From positions 1 to 30,312 of the IMG/VR virus record IMGVR_UViG_3300030372_003045: 30,312 bases of DNA. One strand, written 5' to 3'. Under the pieces are notes generated by a model that saw only the letters and a program-made list of their open reading frames with translations, did no database searches and was not told the DNA's origin. Shown here piece by piece: positions 7,531 to 15,386 of this stretch. The number at the start of each line of letters is the position of its first letter. Position 1 is the stretch's first letter. Source of the DNA: a virus. Lineage: Duplodnaviria; Caudoviricetes. The translations under genes were made by a program, and so were the position numbers.

Positions 7531-8340
7531 ATGAATGAAATGAACACCCGTATGGGCTTTATCGGCGGCACAGACATGATGAAAATCATGGATGGTGACT
7601 GGGAACATCTTTGGCAGATCAAGACAGGCCGCATGCAATCAGATGATCTGAGCAATGTGTTCGCTGTCCAGCTTGGCATTGCAACTGAAGAGTTCAATGT
7701 TTCACTGGTTGAGAAGCATACAAACATCAAGCTTCAGCGTCAGTTTCAAACGCAGAAAATATGGGATGGCATAACGCTTCGCGCTGTCCTTGATGGCTTT
7801 GGCTTTTGGTTTGGGGATCGTGAGGAACATCGCATTGGGGCTGAGTGCAAGCACACTTATGAGCGCAATACACTGGACGCCCAGCTGCAACGCTACATGC
7901 CGCAGATACAATTCTATATGTGGGTAGCTGAACTGGATGTCATGCAGTTTGCCTGCATCTTTGGCAACCGTGACTGGAAGATGTGCCGCGTCAGCCGTGA
8001 TGTTGATTACATCGAATCTCTCAAGGGTCCGTTGCGCAACTTCTGGGAGTTTGTCCTCAAAGACAAGCAGCCCCAGCTTCCGCATTACCCCGTAGCGCAG
8101 CCCACGATTGATCACATCCACATCGATGACATGGTTAAGCGTAATGTGGTTGGCGATAACGAGTTTCATGACAGAGCGATGACCTTCATCGAAACGAAGG
8201 ACAGCCATGCTCTGCATGAATCAGCCAAGAAAGATCTGAAGCAGATGATCGGTCACGATGAGCGTGAAATCTATTCAGACATTCTGGCAGTCCGGCGCAC
8301 CAAGGCCGGTATCCGCATCGTGCAAAAGAAGGAGGCCTAG
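7531..8340 (+). CDS. YqaJ-like / lambda exonuclease-family recombination nuclease
   Basis: R.GFIGG.D...LWQIKTGR...V.LG..TE...A.LDG...ECK...Y.PQIQ.YM motifs. Confidence 0.9.
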   Translation: MNEMNTRMGFIGGTDMMKIMDGDWEHLWQIKTGRMQSDDLSNVFAVQLGIATEEFNVSLVEKHTNIKLQRQFQTQKIWDGITLRAVLDGFGFWFGDREEHRIGAECKHTYERNTLDAQLQRYMPQIQFYMWVAELDVMQFACIFGNRDWKMCRVSRDVDYIESLKGPLRNFWEFVLKDKQPQLPHYPVAQPTIDHIHIDDMVKRNVVGDNEFHDRAMTFIETKDSHALHESAKKDLKQMIGHDEREIYSDILAVRRTKAGIRIVQKKEA

Positions 8341-8341
8341 C

Positions 8342-8581
8342 ATGACGCAAAACCAAACCATTCTTGCTGCCCTAAAAGAAGGCAAGACTCTCTCACCGCT
8401 CACTGCTTTGCGTGAGTTCAGCTGCATGCGGCTGGCTGCACGGGTCTATGACCTACGCAAAGACGGGCATCCCATAGAATCAATCCAGAAGTCCAACGGC
8501 AATGCGACATGGGTTGAATATAAAATGGGCGAGGCATCTGCAAATACCTCGCCCCATCAAACAGACTGGAGGTCAGCTTGA
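8342..8581 (+). CDS. Small winged-HTH protein
   Basis: TQ...IL..L..G..L..L.AL..F.CMRLAARVYDLR motif. Confidence 0.8.
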   Translation: MTQNQTILAALKEGKTLSPLTALREFSCMRLAARVYDLRKDGHPIESIQKSNGNATWVEYKMGEASANTSPHQTDWRSA

Positions 8582-9090
8582 TGACGAAACCTAACACAAC
8601 TGCAAAAACGCAGAAACCACAAACTGATCCAAAGACACTTGCTGCCGCGCTTCTGGCATGGCGTGAGACAAACCCATCTGCCCCTAAGAATGGCAGGAAC
8701 CCACACTTCAAGAGCAGCTTCTCCAACTTTGAGGATGTTGTTGAGTGCGTCAACATGGCAACCGAGTATGGCATTACATGGACACAGATGACTGACTTCA
8801 TTGTTGTTGAAAACGGTGTCGTTGATTTCATCGTTACTAAAATCTGGCATGTGCCAAGCGGAGAAATGGTCGAAGGCCGCACGCTTATCAAAGTCAAAGA
8901 CCCAACCAATCCCCAAGCTATGGGGTCTGGTATTACCTATGCCAAACGGTATGGCTTGCAAGCCGCCTTTGGTATCCCATCAGAAGAAGACGACGGCAAC
9001 GCTGCCTCAAAGCCAGCAGCGGAAGGCGTCGTCAGCTTCAACTCATCACCCAAGGCATCGAACAACGGAGGTCAACATGCCGATTTTTAA
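8578..9090 (+). CDS. erf: ERF-family ssDNA annealing protein
   Basis: NPHFKS and PQAMGSGITYAKRYGLQAAFGIPSEEDDG signature. Confidence 0.92.
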   Translation: MMTKPNTTAKTQKPQTDPKTLAAALLAWRETNPSAPKNGRNPHFKSSFSNFEDVVECVNMATEYGITWTQMTDFIVVENGVVDFIVTKIWHVPSGEMVEGRTLIKVKDPTNPQAMGSGITYAKRYGLQAAFGIPSEEDDGNAASKPAAEGVVSFNSSPKASNNGGQHADF

Positions 9091-9114
9091 GACTATTCGC
9101 ATCTGGAGGACTGC

Positions 9115-9504
9115 ATGACACAACAGTATGATGAGACCGACTCAGGCGCAGCGTTTCCGCCCAAGGACAATACCAAACTGATCCTGACCGGTCCTATTAA
9201 TGACAACGGCAATGATACACGCATTGCCGTCGTCAAATCGACATTGCCCGATGGTCGTCAGATCTTTGATCTGTTCGAAAAGGTCGGCACTCTGTTCGAT
9301 AACGAGGCTGAAAACCCCAAGGCTCCCAACTATACAGGACCGTGGGGCGACAGACGTATCGCTGCTTGGGCTAAGGAGTCCGACAGTGGACAGCGTTATA
9401 TGTCCATGAAGATATCTGACAAGCGTGATCAGATGGCTGTCAGCGAGGCTCCTATGCCTGCAAATAGCCAGTTTAGCGAACCCGTTGATGACATCCCTTT
9501 CTGA
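9115..9504 (+). CDS. Putative single-stranded DNA-binding protein
   Basis: Acidic DDIPF tail, P.YTG...AAW...YMS motif, next to erf and the exonuclease. Confidence 0.75.
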   Translation: MTQQYDETDSGAAFPPKDNTKLILTGPINDNGNDTRIAVVKSTLPDGRQIFDLFEKVGTLFDNEAENPKAPNYTGPWGDRRIAAWAKESDSGQRYMSMKISDKRDQMAVSEAPMPANSQFSEPVDDIPF

Positions 9505-9784
9505 TATCATAACGATTGAAGATGTGTCTGCGGCACTAGGGACTTCACCCACCAAGGTGAAGGACCTATGCCGCAAGCACAGCGTCCCTGTCATCAAGAT
9601 CGGACACCAGATTAGGTTCACACAGGACGCAGTGGACCGCTTGTTGGATTCAATAACATGGCATTACCAATCTTCAAGCGAGGCAACGTCTACCACATCA
9701 ACGGTACCGTTTCGTGGGGTAACAAAAAACTCCTCATACGACAAACTACAGGAAGAGCTATTAAGTCAGAAGCACGGCAAGTAG
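9488..9784 (+). CDS. Excisionase-like HTH_17 protein
   Basis: ITIEDVSAALGTS...IKIGHQIRF motif; immediately before the integrase. Confidence 0.75.
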   Translation: MTSLSDIITIEDVSAALGTSPTKVKDLCRKHSVPVIKIGHQIRFTQDAVDRLLDSITWHYQSSSEATSTTSTVPFRGVTKNSSYDKLQEELLSQKHGK

Positions 9785-10614
9785 CTGACGATATCTACCA
9801 GCAGGCACTCAACAGATTAAAGGGCGGCACAGGCGCTGCCCTTTTTTCAACCGCTGCGCTTGAGTGGGTGCAATTCAAACGCCCCGGCATGACGGACATT
9901 GATAATCTAAAAAAAATATCAGACTTCTTCAGAGACAAGACAGTTGATGAGATCGCTCCCGAAGACTGGACTGCCTTCTGCCGCATGCACCTGTACAAGC
10001 ACAAGCCGTCTTCTGTTAACCGCATCCGCAGCACCCTCAATGCTGTGCTGCGCTCCGCTTCCAGAGAGATCAAACTCGACAAGCTAAAAGACAACGAAGA
10101 GCGAAATGTATTTTTGTCAGTGGAAGATCAAGAGCGTTTGCTGGCAGCATACCCAGACTTCATCCGCTCTTTCTTCATCACGCTTTGCTACCAAGGCATG
10201 CGTCGTGGTGAGGCTCTTAAACTAGAATGGAAGCATATCAACCTTGACCAAGACATTATCCATATGCCCGGCAGGATTACCAAAAGCGGCATGCCCCGAA
10301 CCATCCCTATGCATCCACGCGTCAAAGAAAACTTGCAGCACAACCACCCTGTCATCGTGTTCACAAACAAATTTAGACAGCCTTACAAATCCATCGAAGG
10401 CCCACGCGGAGTGCATGAGCGTACAAGAAGCAAAGTTGGATTGGAATACTTCAAAATGCATGATTGGCGACATCACTGGGCAAGCCGGATGGTTATGGTA
10501 GGAGCCAACATAAAAACTCTGATGGATTTAGGTGGCTGGGAATCTGAAAGCATGGTCATGCGATACACAGCCGTAAGCGATGAACACAATCGCAACACAC
10601 TCAACAAGTTGTAG
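9658..10614 (+). CDS. int: Tyrosine integrase
   Basis: Catalytic R (GMRRGE), K (TKSG), HxxR (HDWRH), W (GGW) and Y (MRY). Confidence 0.93.
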   Translation: MALPIFKRGNVYHINGTVSWGNKKLLIRQTTGRAIKSEARQVADDIYQQALNRLKGGTGAALFSTAALEWVQFKRPGMTDIDNLKKISDFFRDKTVDEIAPEDWTAFCRMHLYKHKPSSVNRIRSTLNAVLRSASREIKLDKLKDNEERNVFLSVEDQERLLAAYPDFIRSFFITLCYQGMRRGEALKLEWKHINLDQDIIHMPGRITKSGMPRTIPMHPRVKENLQHNHPVIVFTNKFRQPYKSIEGPRGVHERTRSKVGLEYFKMHDWRHHWASRMVMVGANIKTLMDLGGWESESMVMRYTAVSDEHNRNTLNKL

Positions 10615-10860
10615 AGTATATTATGATTAGATTTCAACGCGTTATAAGCAACAAACCTACCCTTACCAAGGGTGCGCTCTACCGCTGGAGCTATGGCAGC
10701 ATTTCCACCGATCCTCAGATAATACGCTGTATTCCTTCAAAAAAACAATCTCAAAGAAGATATATGCGATACTGCATTATTGCATGTTTTGTCTGTTTTA
10801 CCCTGTTTCTTATGCTTTACTAATGCAGGAATGGGAAATAAAAAACACAAATTCAACACA
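10583..10860. other. attP: tRNA-derived core flanked by arm-type repeats
   Basis: AACACA-N5-AACACA at 10583-10599 and 10844-10860 flanks the core at 10659-10700. Confidence 0.75.
10659..10700 (-). pseudogene. 5' half of tRNA-Thr(GGU) (att core)
   Basis: GCTGCCA TA GCTC CAGCGGTA GAGC G CACCC TTGGTAA GGGT: acceptor 5' strand, D arm and anticodon arm. No T arm. Confidence 0.85.
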
Positions 10861-10876
10861 GTCGAGGAGGCCGCAC

Positions 10877-10945
10877 ATGGCTCACAACATGCGTAATCTT
10901 GATAAGCATTTACACAAAAGGCTCTGCGAGGCGGCTGGTGTCTAG
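10877..10945 (+). CDS. Mini-ORF (22 aa, MAHNMRNLDKHLHKRLCEAAGV)
   Basis: GAGGAGG RBS at ideal spacing. Confidence 0.4.
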   Translation: MAHNMRNLDKHLHKRLCEAAGV

Positions 10946-10958
10946 TGTCCCAATAGAA

Positions 10959-11213
10959 ATGCCGCGCATTGTTCGCATCATGCGGCACCCCGGCGTCTGG
11001 GAAGAGCTGCCGGAGTGTCAGAGCTGCATGGGTCAGGGCGCATGCTTGGTCGAGGAACCGGTCCCCGACTACCGATCTGGCAATGGGTATGTGATAGAGC
11101 GCCTCGGCGAATGCCCGGAGTGTGATGGCAATCGCTATGTAGAATGGCCTGAAGAAGATGAGCCTGAGTTTTTCCAAGAAGCCGAAATCAATGCGCAAAG
11201 CGCATTTAAATAA
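10959..11213 (+). CDS. Zn-ribbon protein with two CxxCxG motifs
   Basis: CQSCMGQG...CPECDG (DnaJ-type Cys motifs). Start is uncertain. Confidence 0.7.
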   Translation: MPRIVRIMRHPGVWEELPECQSCMGQGACLVEEPVPDYRSGNGYVIERLGECPECDGNRYVEWPEEDEPEFFQEAEINAQSAFK

Positions 11214-11225
11214 AGGAGTATAACT

Positions 11226-11396
11226 ATGTTGCAAAGCATCATCAGATTGTTTTTCCCCTCTTTGTCACAACCTGTGGCAAAGCAACCAAATGCAACACCA
11301 CCACGCATCGTAGAAAAAACAGCACCCAAGAAAGCTGTTGCAAAAAAGCGTGGGCGTGGCAGGCCTAAGAAGCAGCACTCTCCATTAGATGCTTAA
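11226..11396 (+). CDS. Small AT-hook protein (56 aa)
   Basis: Not in the ORF track. AAGGAG RBS; sequence MLQSIIRLFFPSL...KKRGRGRPKK. Confidence 0.7.
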   Translation: MLQSIIRLFFPSLSQPVAKQPNATPPRIVEKTAPKKAVAKKRGRGRPKKQHSPLDA

Positions 11397-11778
11397 GTTC
11401 AGGCCCACGAGATTTGATCTGCGCGTACCATAACGAGTCTTCCATCTCACGAGCTGCTCCAAAAAAGTCCCTATCTTCAAGTTTTTTGCGCATATTCTTA
11501 AATCGAGAAAAGCGCGGCCAGCCCAAATTAAACACCATCGAAGCCAATACCATTTGTGCTGGTTCCGGCAAATCGCGCCACCAGTCCATCTTTTCGTCCA
11601 GTTCGTACAACGCAATATTGATATCGTCTTCCAGTATGACGCGAGCAGCACGCTCTGATATCGGTTCACGCATATTGTGTCCATAGCCAACAGTCGGAAC
11701 GCCAACTGTATCATCGTACATTGTCAGGCGCAGGCCCTCATGCTTGGCAATAAGATCTGTTAAAGTTTGTCCGTTCAT
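11365..11778 (-). CDS. Endolysin, GH24 (T4-like) lysozyme
   Basis: HEGLRL..YDDTVG.PT.GYGHN with the E-D-T triad, plus M.FNLG and DS.W..Q...R. Confidence 0.92.
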   Translation of the reverse strand: MNGQTLTDLIAKHEGLRLTMYDDTVGVPTVGYGHNMREPISERAARVILEDDINIALYELDEKMDWWRDLPEPAQMVLASMVFNLGWPRFSRFKNMRKKLEDRDFFGAAREMEDSLWYAQIKSRGPELKHLMESAAS

Positions 11779-12131
11779 TTCTTCCTCACTGATTCAGCCA
11801 AGCCGCCACCAAAGTAAAAACCAACGATGATCAGCATGATCTCGCCAATCCAGAAGTCGCCAAGTATTGCCTTCACACCATCAATGTTGCCCTTGCCAGC
11901 CAGTGTCATGCCAAGCGTAATGGCAAAACAAAGCAGGAAAGTAAGAGCAAACATCAATGCAAGGTAGCGTTGGGCCAATTTGAATGGAGCATATGCGGCT
12001 AATAGGTCAGTCTTAGCTTTGCTTTTAGCTGCCACCTCTTCTTCTGTAGAGGTGTGGATGTCATCAATTAAACTGAGTCCCTGTTTAACAACATCACCGC
12101 TGCCAAACATTTTCATAAGCAATGGAATCAT
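11775..12131 (-). CDS. Putative holin (3TM-holin-like)
   Basis: ID...TS.EE N-terminus, two hydrophobic helices and FYFGG. Coupled to the lysozyme; GGAG RBS before 12131. Confidence 0.7.
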   Translation of the reverse strand: MIPLLMKMFGSGDVVKQGLSLIDDIHTSTEEEVAAKSKAKTDLLAAYAPFKLAQRYLALMFALTFLLCFAITLGMTLAGKGNIDGVKAILGDFWIGEIMLIIVGFYFGGGLAESVRKK

Positions 12132-12144
12132 AGAATCTCCTGTA

Positions 12145-12324
12145 TCATTCGTAATCAACCCTGATGCACATCATCTCTTGGTTGTCACTCCGCTGGATAT
12201 CCTGATCTATGTAGACAGCCCGTTGATGACACTCTTCAAAAGTATCGGCGTCAGTTAAAGGAGCGACGTTGTAATTAAAAGGAGACACGGCAGTTACTAA
12301 AATCACCACCCAGACGGTGTTCAT
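12145..12324 (-). CDS. Small exported/membrane protein (59 aa, two Cys)
   Basis: Read by hand: MNTVWVVILVTAVSP...FEECH...MMCIRVDYE. Confidence 0.65.
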   Translation of the reverse strand: MNTVWVVILVTAVSPFNYNVAPLTDADTFEECHQRAVYIDQDIQRSDNQEMMCIRVDYE

Positions 12325-12385
12325 TGTTCAGGACTCATATGTGTAACCTACTGCACAAGTGCAGGACTCTAAACGCACATTTTCA

Positions 12386-12817
12386 TTACAATCTTCCTTG
12401 AAAATGCAAAGTTAAAAGAACAACAGAAGCCAAGATGCAAGCAAATACAATGAGGAGAAATGTAATAACAGCAACCTCAAAGTGATGCTTACGCTTTCTT
12501 CTATGCTCTTGTTCTGCTTCTCGTCTCGCAACCCTTGCCTTTGCTTGGAATCGCTGCCAGTCATTCCACAAGCCCGGCCTGCCAGCATAAATCATAAATT
12601 GCTTAAGTTCTGCTTCTTGTTGCCGAATTTGCTCAAGAGCCATGAATTCTTCAAGATCAGAGCCGCCGCCTTTTCTTTGCGCCTTTTGCTGTAGCTTTTC
12701 TTTTGCGCCAACAAATTGTGCAATGGCGCTGCCAGCAGCAGCTATTTCTTTACCGTTGCTAACGCATTGTTTAATAACGGCAAATGCTGCATTGGCTGCT
12801 GCAAGTTCCGCAAGCAT
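12386..12817 (-). CDS. Conserved coiled-coil membrane-anchored phage protein
   Basis: MLAELAAANAAF..IK...LEEFMALE...C-terminal TM helix. TGATG coupling. Confidence 0.8.
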   Translation of the reverse strand: MLAELAAANAAFAVIKQCVSNGKEIAAAGSAIAQFVGAKEKLQQKAQRKGGGSDLEEFMALEQIRQQEAELKQFMIYAGRPGLWNDWQRFQAKARVARREAEQEHRRKRKHHFEVAVITFLLIVFACILASVVLLTLHFQGRL

Positions 12818-13005
12818 CAGTAGACCCTCACCTTGTCGTCTACCAACTTTGGCAAACAATAAGCAGTGATGTTCTGTCCCTGTCTGTGCAGCCGTTGTGC
12901 AAAGTACACGCAGTCATCAACGCTGCGAAAATACATATCGTTGCTAACGAGGGTTTTATCTTTACCAAGACCTAGATATACAAACAGCAAGAACACATGG
13001 ATCAT
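12817..13005 (-). CDS. Small protein (62 aa, two Cys)
   Basis: Hydrophobic N-terminus, YFRS..DC...TAYCLP; coupled at both ends. Confidence 0.75.
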   Translation of the reverse strand: MIHVFLLFVYLGLGKDKTLVSNDMYFRSVDDCVYFAQRLHRQGQNITAYCLPKLVDDKVRVY

Positions 13006-13172
13006 CCATTAACTATGATCCCGATAAGCAACAGGATTATTGTACCGGCAGTACCAATCATAATGTGTTCGATGCGCTTGATACGCAGGATGGTTTCCTT
13101 CCAGCGTTCAGAGCAGACAGCTTCGTGAGTGTTTATCTGTGCCTGTACTGAAGCAGCAGTTGGTTTAGCCAT
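13002..13172 (-). CDS. Small membrane protein (56 aa, HEAVC.ERW family, XhlA-like architecture)
   Basis: Not in the ORF track. TAATG and ATGA coupling; coiled coil followed by a TM helix. Confidence 0.75.
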   Translation of the reverse strand: MAKPTAASVQAQINTHEAVCSERWKETILRIKRIEHIMIGTAGTIILLLIGIIVNG

Positions 13173-13504
13173 TACGCAAACCCCCTTGCTGGTGTAGCTG
13201 GTGGTGTAATCGTGTGACCACCATCTTCCAAATGTTTGATAAGCGTGTCGGCTTTGTCTGACAGCTTACGCAGGTTAGCATGATAGCCAGTTACAGCTTC
13301 GCCCGTAGGCGCATAAATTACGCCAATCTCGTCAACTCGCACCCAGTGCGTTGCCATGATAACATCATTGTCATCATCATCCTGTGCGATGATGCTGTGA
13401 GGGTAGACAGTACCTGTATCGCTGCTTTCGCTTGGCCCTTTTAGTGCGGCAATCAGAGCTGCTCTGTCGGCTACCTTGATGTACCAGTCTTTTTGTTTAG
13501 ACAT
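13172..13504 (-). CDS. Fibre-associated protein / possible assembly chaperone
   Basis: Follows a fibre gene; D.IG.I...TG....GYHANLR...P.TP.R.FA motif. Confidence 0.65.
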   Translation of the reverse strand: MSKQKDWYIKVADRAALIAALKGPSESSDTGTVYPHSIIAQDDDDNDVIMATHWVRVDEIGVIYAPTGEAVTGYHANLRKLSDKADTLIKHLEDGGHTITPPATPARGFA

Positions 13505-14768
13505 TATGTGGACCTACGAGCGATTGCATGTGAGATGAAGAAAAACAGCGTGCAAAATGCAAGATACGTTTAATATGCACTGCGTCAGGATAGCCGCTAG
13601 CAAGCGGCAAAAGAGTTAATTTTTGTATGGTTGGAATCGTGCCAGAGGTATCTGTTGAGACAGCTAATTGCTGGCTGGAAGCGGAAACAAAATTGTTTAA
13701 TTTATATGCAACGGCAAGGCGAAATGTTTGATTTGCAACAATTGCACCAAGGCCGGAGGTCATTTTGTTTCCTCCGCCAGTTTTTACAATTGTCGAAGCG
13801 ACAGGCGTTGAGTTGATTCGCAAATCAATTCTATCTGTAGCAGAGTTGGAGCCCTCAAGGCGCACAAGATTGTGGAAATCGCTTGCGGACGGCGTGAAAC
13901 TAACACTGCCTTCCATCATAAGCGTACCCTCTGAAGTGTTAAATTCTTGAAACGGCAAACTGCTAGTCGGCCCCATCGTGGCGGCATCTGCGTTGCGTGT
14001 TAATGTGCTGCCAGTTGTTTTGATGTAACTGGATGCAAACTTTCCAGCCTCAAGTTGCATACCCCACAGATGTAAACCACTCGATCCGTCGCCTGCATAA
14101 CTGCTGCCTGATGAATCATTAAGATTTAAAATAATACGCGCAGAAGATGTAGTTGCAGTCGCTTTTTCTGTTGCAATGCAACGAAACCAATCATTACCAA
14201 AATCTTCAATTGTTGCAGACGTGCAACTTGTATTTGTAACTGTTCCGTTATCTAATCTAAAAATCGCCTCAGAAATTGCGAAGCCACTATTTTCGTCATC
14301 AAAAACTATTTTTAAACGCCTGTCGCCGGAGGCTGCTTTTGCAAAAACAGATACCGAATAAAAAGTATTATTTGAAACAGATGCGTCAAAATGAACAAGA
14401 TGCGTGTTGTTGGAAGAATCCTCTATCAGAGTATCAGCAGTCGTTGTGCCATCAGGCGCTGTAGTCGCATTTGCACTGACAGAAACTCGTGTAGATGTAA
14501 AAAAACTATCATTAAATTCTTCCGAATGTTCCACAAGATTAGTCCGCGCTTCTTCCAACATCAGCCCCTTGGCCGTGTTGGTTGCAGGATTATGATCAAA
14601 TCTTGCAACATCACTAGATGCTGATTGGATTAATCCGTTGCTCCCAACAAAACTTCCACTTGTGCCTCGGCTAAACGTAAAGCGGCTATCAAGTGCTCCA
14701 GCAGCAGCAAAATTCAGGTTGAGGATAGGTTGCTCAACCGTTTTCCGCAGTCCTACACCTCTAAACAT
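13497..14768 (-). CDS. Head/tail spike-fibre protein with carbohydrate-binding beta-sandwich
   Basis: FTFSRG...G.F....G.I....RFDH....GL.LEE.RTN...WG.QLEAG..ASSYI.T.G....R.AD motifs. Confidence 0.75.
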   Translation of the reverse strand: MFRGVGLRKTVEQPILNLNFAAAGALDSRFTFSRGTSGSFVGSNGLIQSASSDVARFDHNPATNTAKGLMLEEARTNLVEHSEEFNDSFFTSTRVSVSANATTAPDGTTTADTLIEDSSNNTHLVHFDASVSNNTFYSVSVFAKAASGDRRLKIVFDDENSGFAISEAIFRLDNGTVTNTSCTSATIEDFGNDWFRCIATEKATATTSSARIILNLNDSSGSSYAGDGSSGLHLWGMQLEAGKFASSYIKTTGSTLTRNADAATMGPTSSLPFQEFNTSEGTLMMEGSVSFTPSASDFHNLVRLEGSNSATDRIDLRINSTPVASTIVKTGGGNKMTSGLGAIVANQTFRLAVAYKLNNFVSASSQQLAVSTDTSGTIPTIQKLTLLPLASGYPDAVHIKRILHFARCFSSSHMQSLVGPHNV

Positions 14769-15082
14769 CAAGCCATCTCTGTAGCGTATAATGTCCCATC
14801 TGCTGTAGCCCTAATAGCTGCAACCTTTTCGCCAGCATTGACTTTAAAATATTCAACCTGATTGGCTGGCAGATATGCTGTGCTGGTAGTTGCTGTTGGG
14901 CTTACGGCAAATATAATGTGGCAGTCAGTCGTGCTAACGACGCGCACAACTGTAGTGCCGACAGCAAAAGCACTACTTATTGCAGCGCTGCTGCTTGCTA
15001 CACTAATGGTTTGAGTCGTTCCAAGCGGAAGGACTTGAATTGGTTCAAGTAAATCTTGGCCTACTGCAAGTGTTGTTGCCAT
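14768..15082 (-). CDS. Small virion structural protein
   Basis: Ala/Thr-rich beta pattern, PTAT....LPA..VEYF; GGAG RBS. Confidence 0.65.
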   Translation of the reverse strand: MATTLAVGQDLLEPIQVLPLGTTQTISVASSSAAISSAFAVGTTVVRVVSTTDCHIIFAVSPTATTSTAYLPANQVEYFKVNAGEKVAAIRATADGTLYATEMA

Positions 15083-15095
15083 TTTTTTCTCCTTG

Positions 15096-15374
15096 TTATT
15101 CCTTGCTTAAGGAATCTTTGAAAGTTTCAAAAGAGGATTTAACACTGTTGCTCCACAAAGCATTGCAAACGGCTTGAACGCTAGCATCTTCAGCAGAAAT
15201 ATCGGTATCTGCCCACGATCCGCTAGACTTGTCACGACATTGCAAGACATGCCGGTGCGAAGTCCTGCTTATCTCAGTGCCGCTGTCTTTTATGATGGTA
15301 ATTTTGCGAACCTGCACAGCCTTGTAAGGGCCACGCACTTCACAGTCATATTCAAAACTTTTTGTCAGTGACAT
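15096..15374 (-). CDS. Tail-fibre-associated small protein
   Basis: VQVR..T.I...G.EISR..HRHVL...DIS.E...VQAVCNA.W motif, commonly found after marine phage fibres. Confidence 0.75.
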   Translation of the reverse strand: MSLTKSFEYDCEVRGPYKAVQVRKITIIKDSGTEISRTSHRHVLQCRDKSSGSWADTDISAEDASVQAVCNALWSNSVKSSFETFKDSLSKE

Positions 15375-15386
15375 TCTTAACTCCTG

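Noticed and set aside
10640-10700. Intact tRNA gene
   Set aside because: Similarity stops after the anticodon arm; there is no T arm or 3' acceptor strand.
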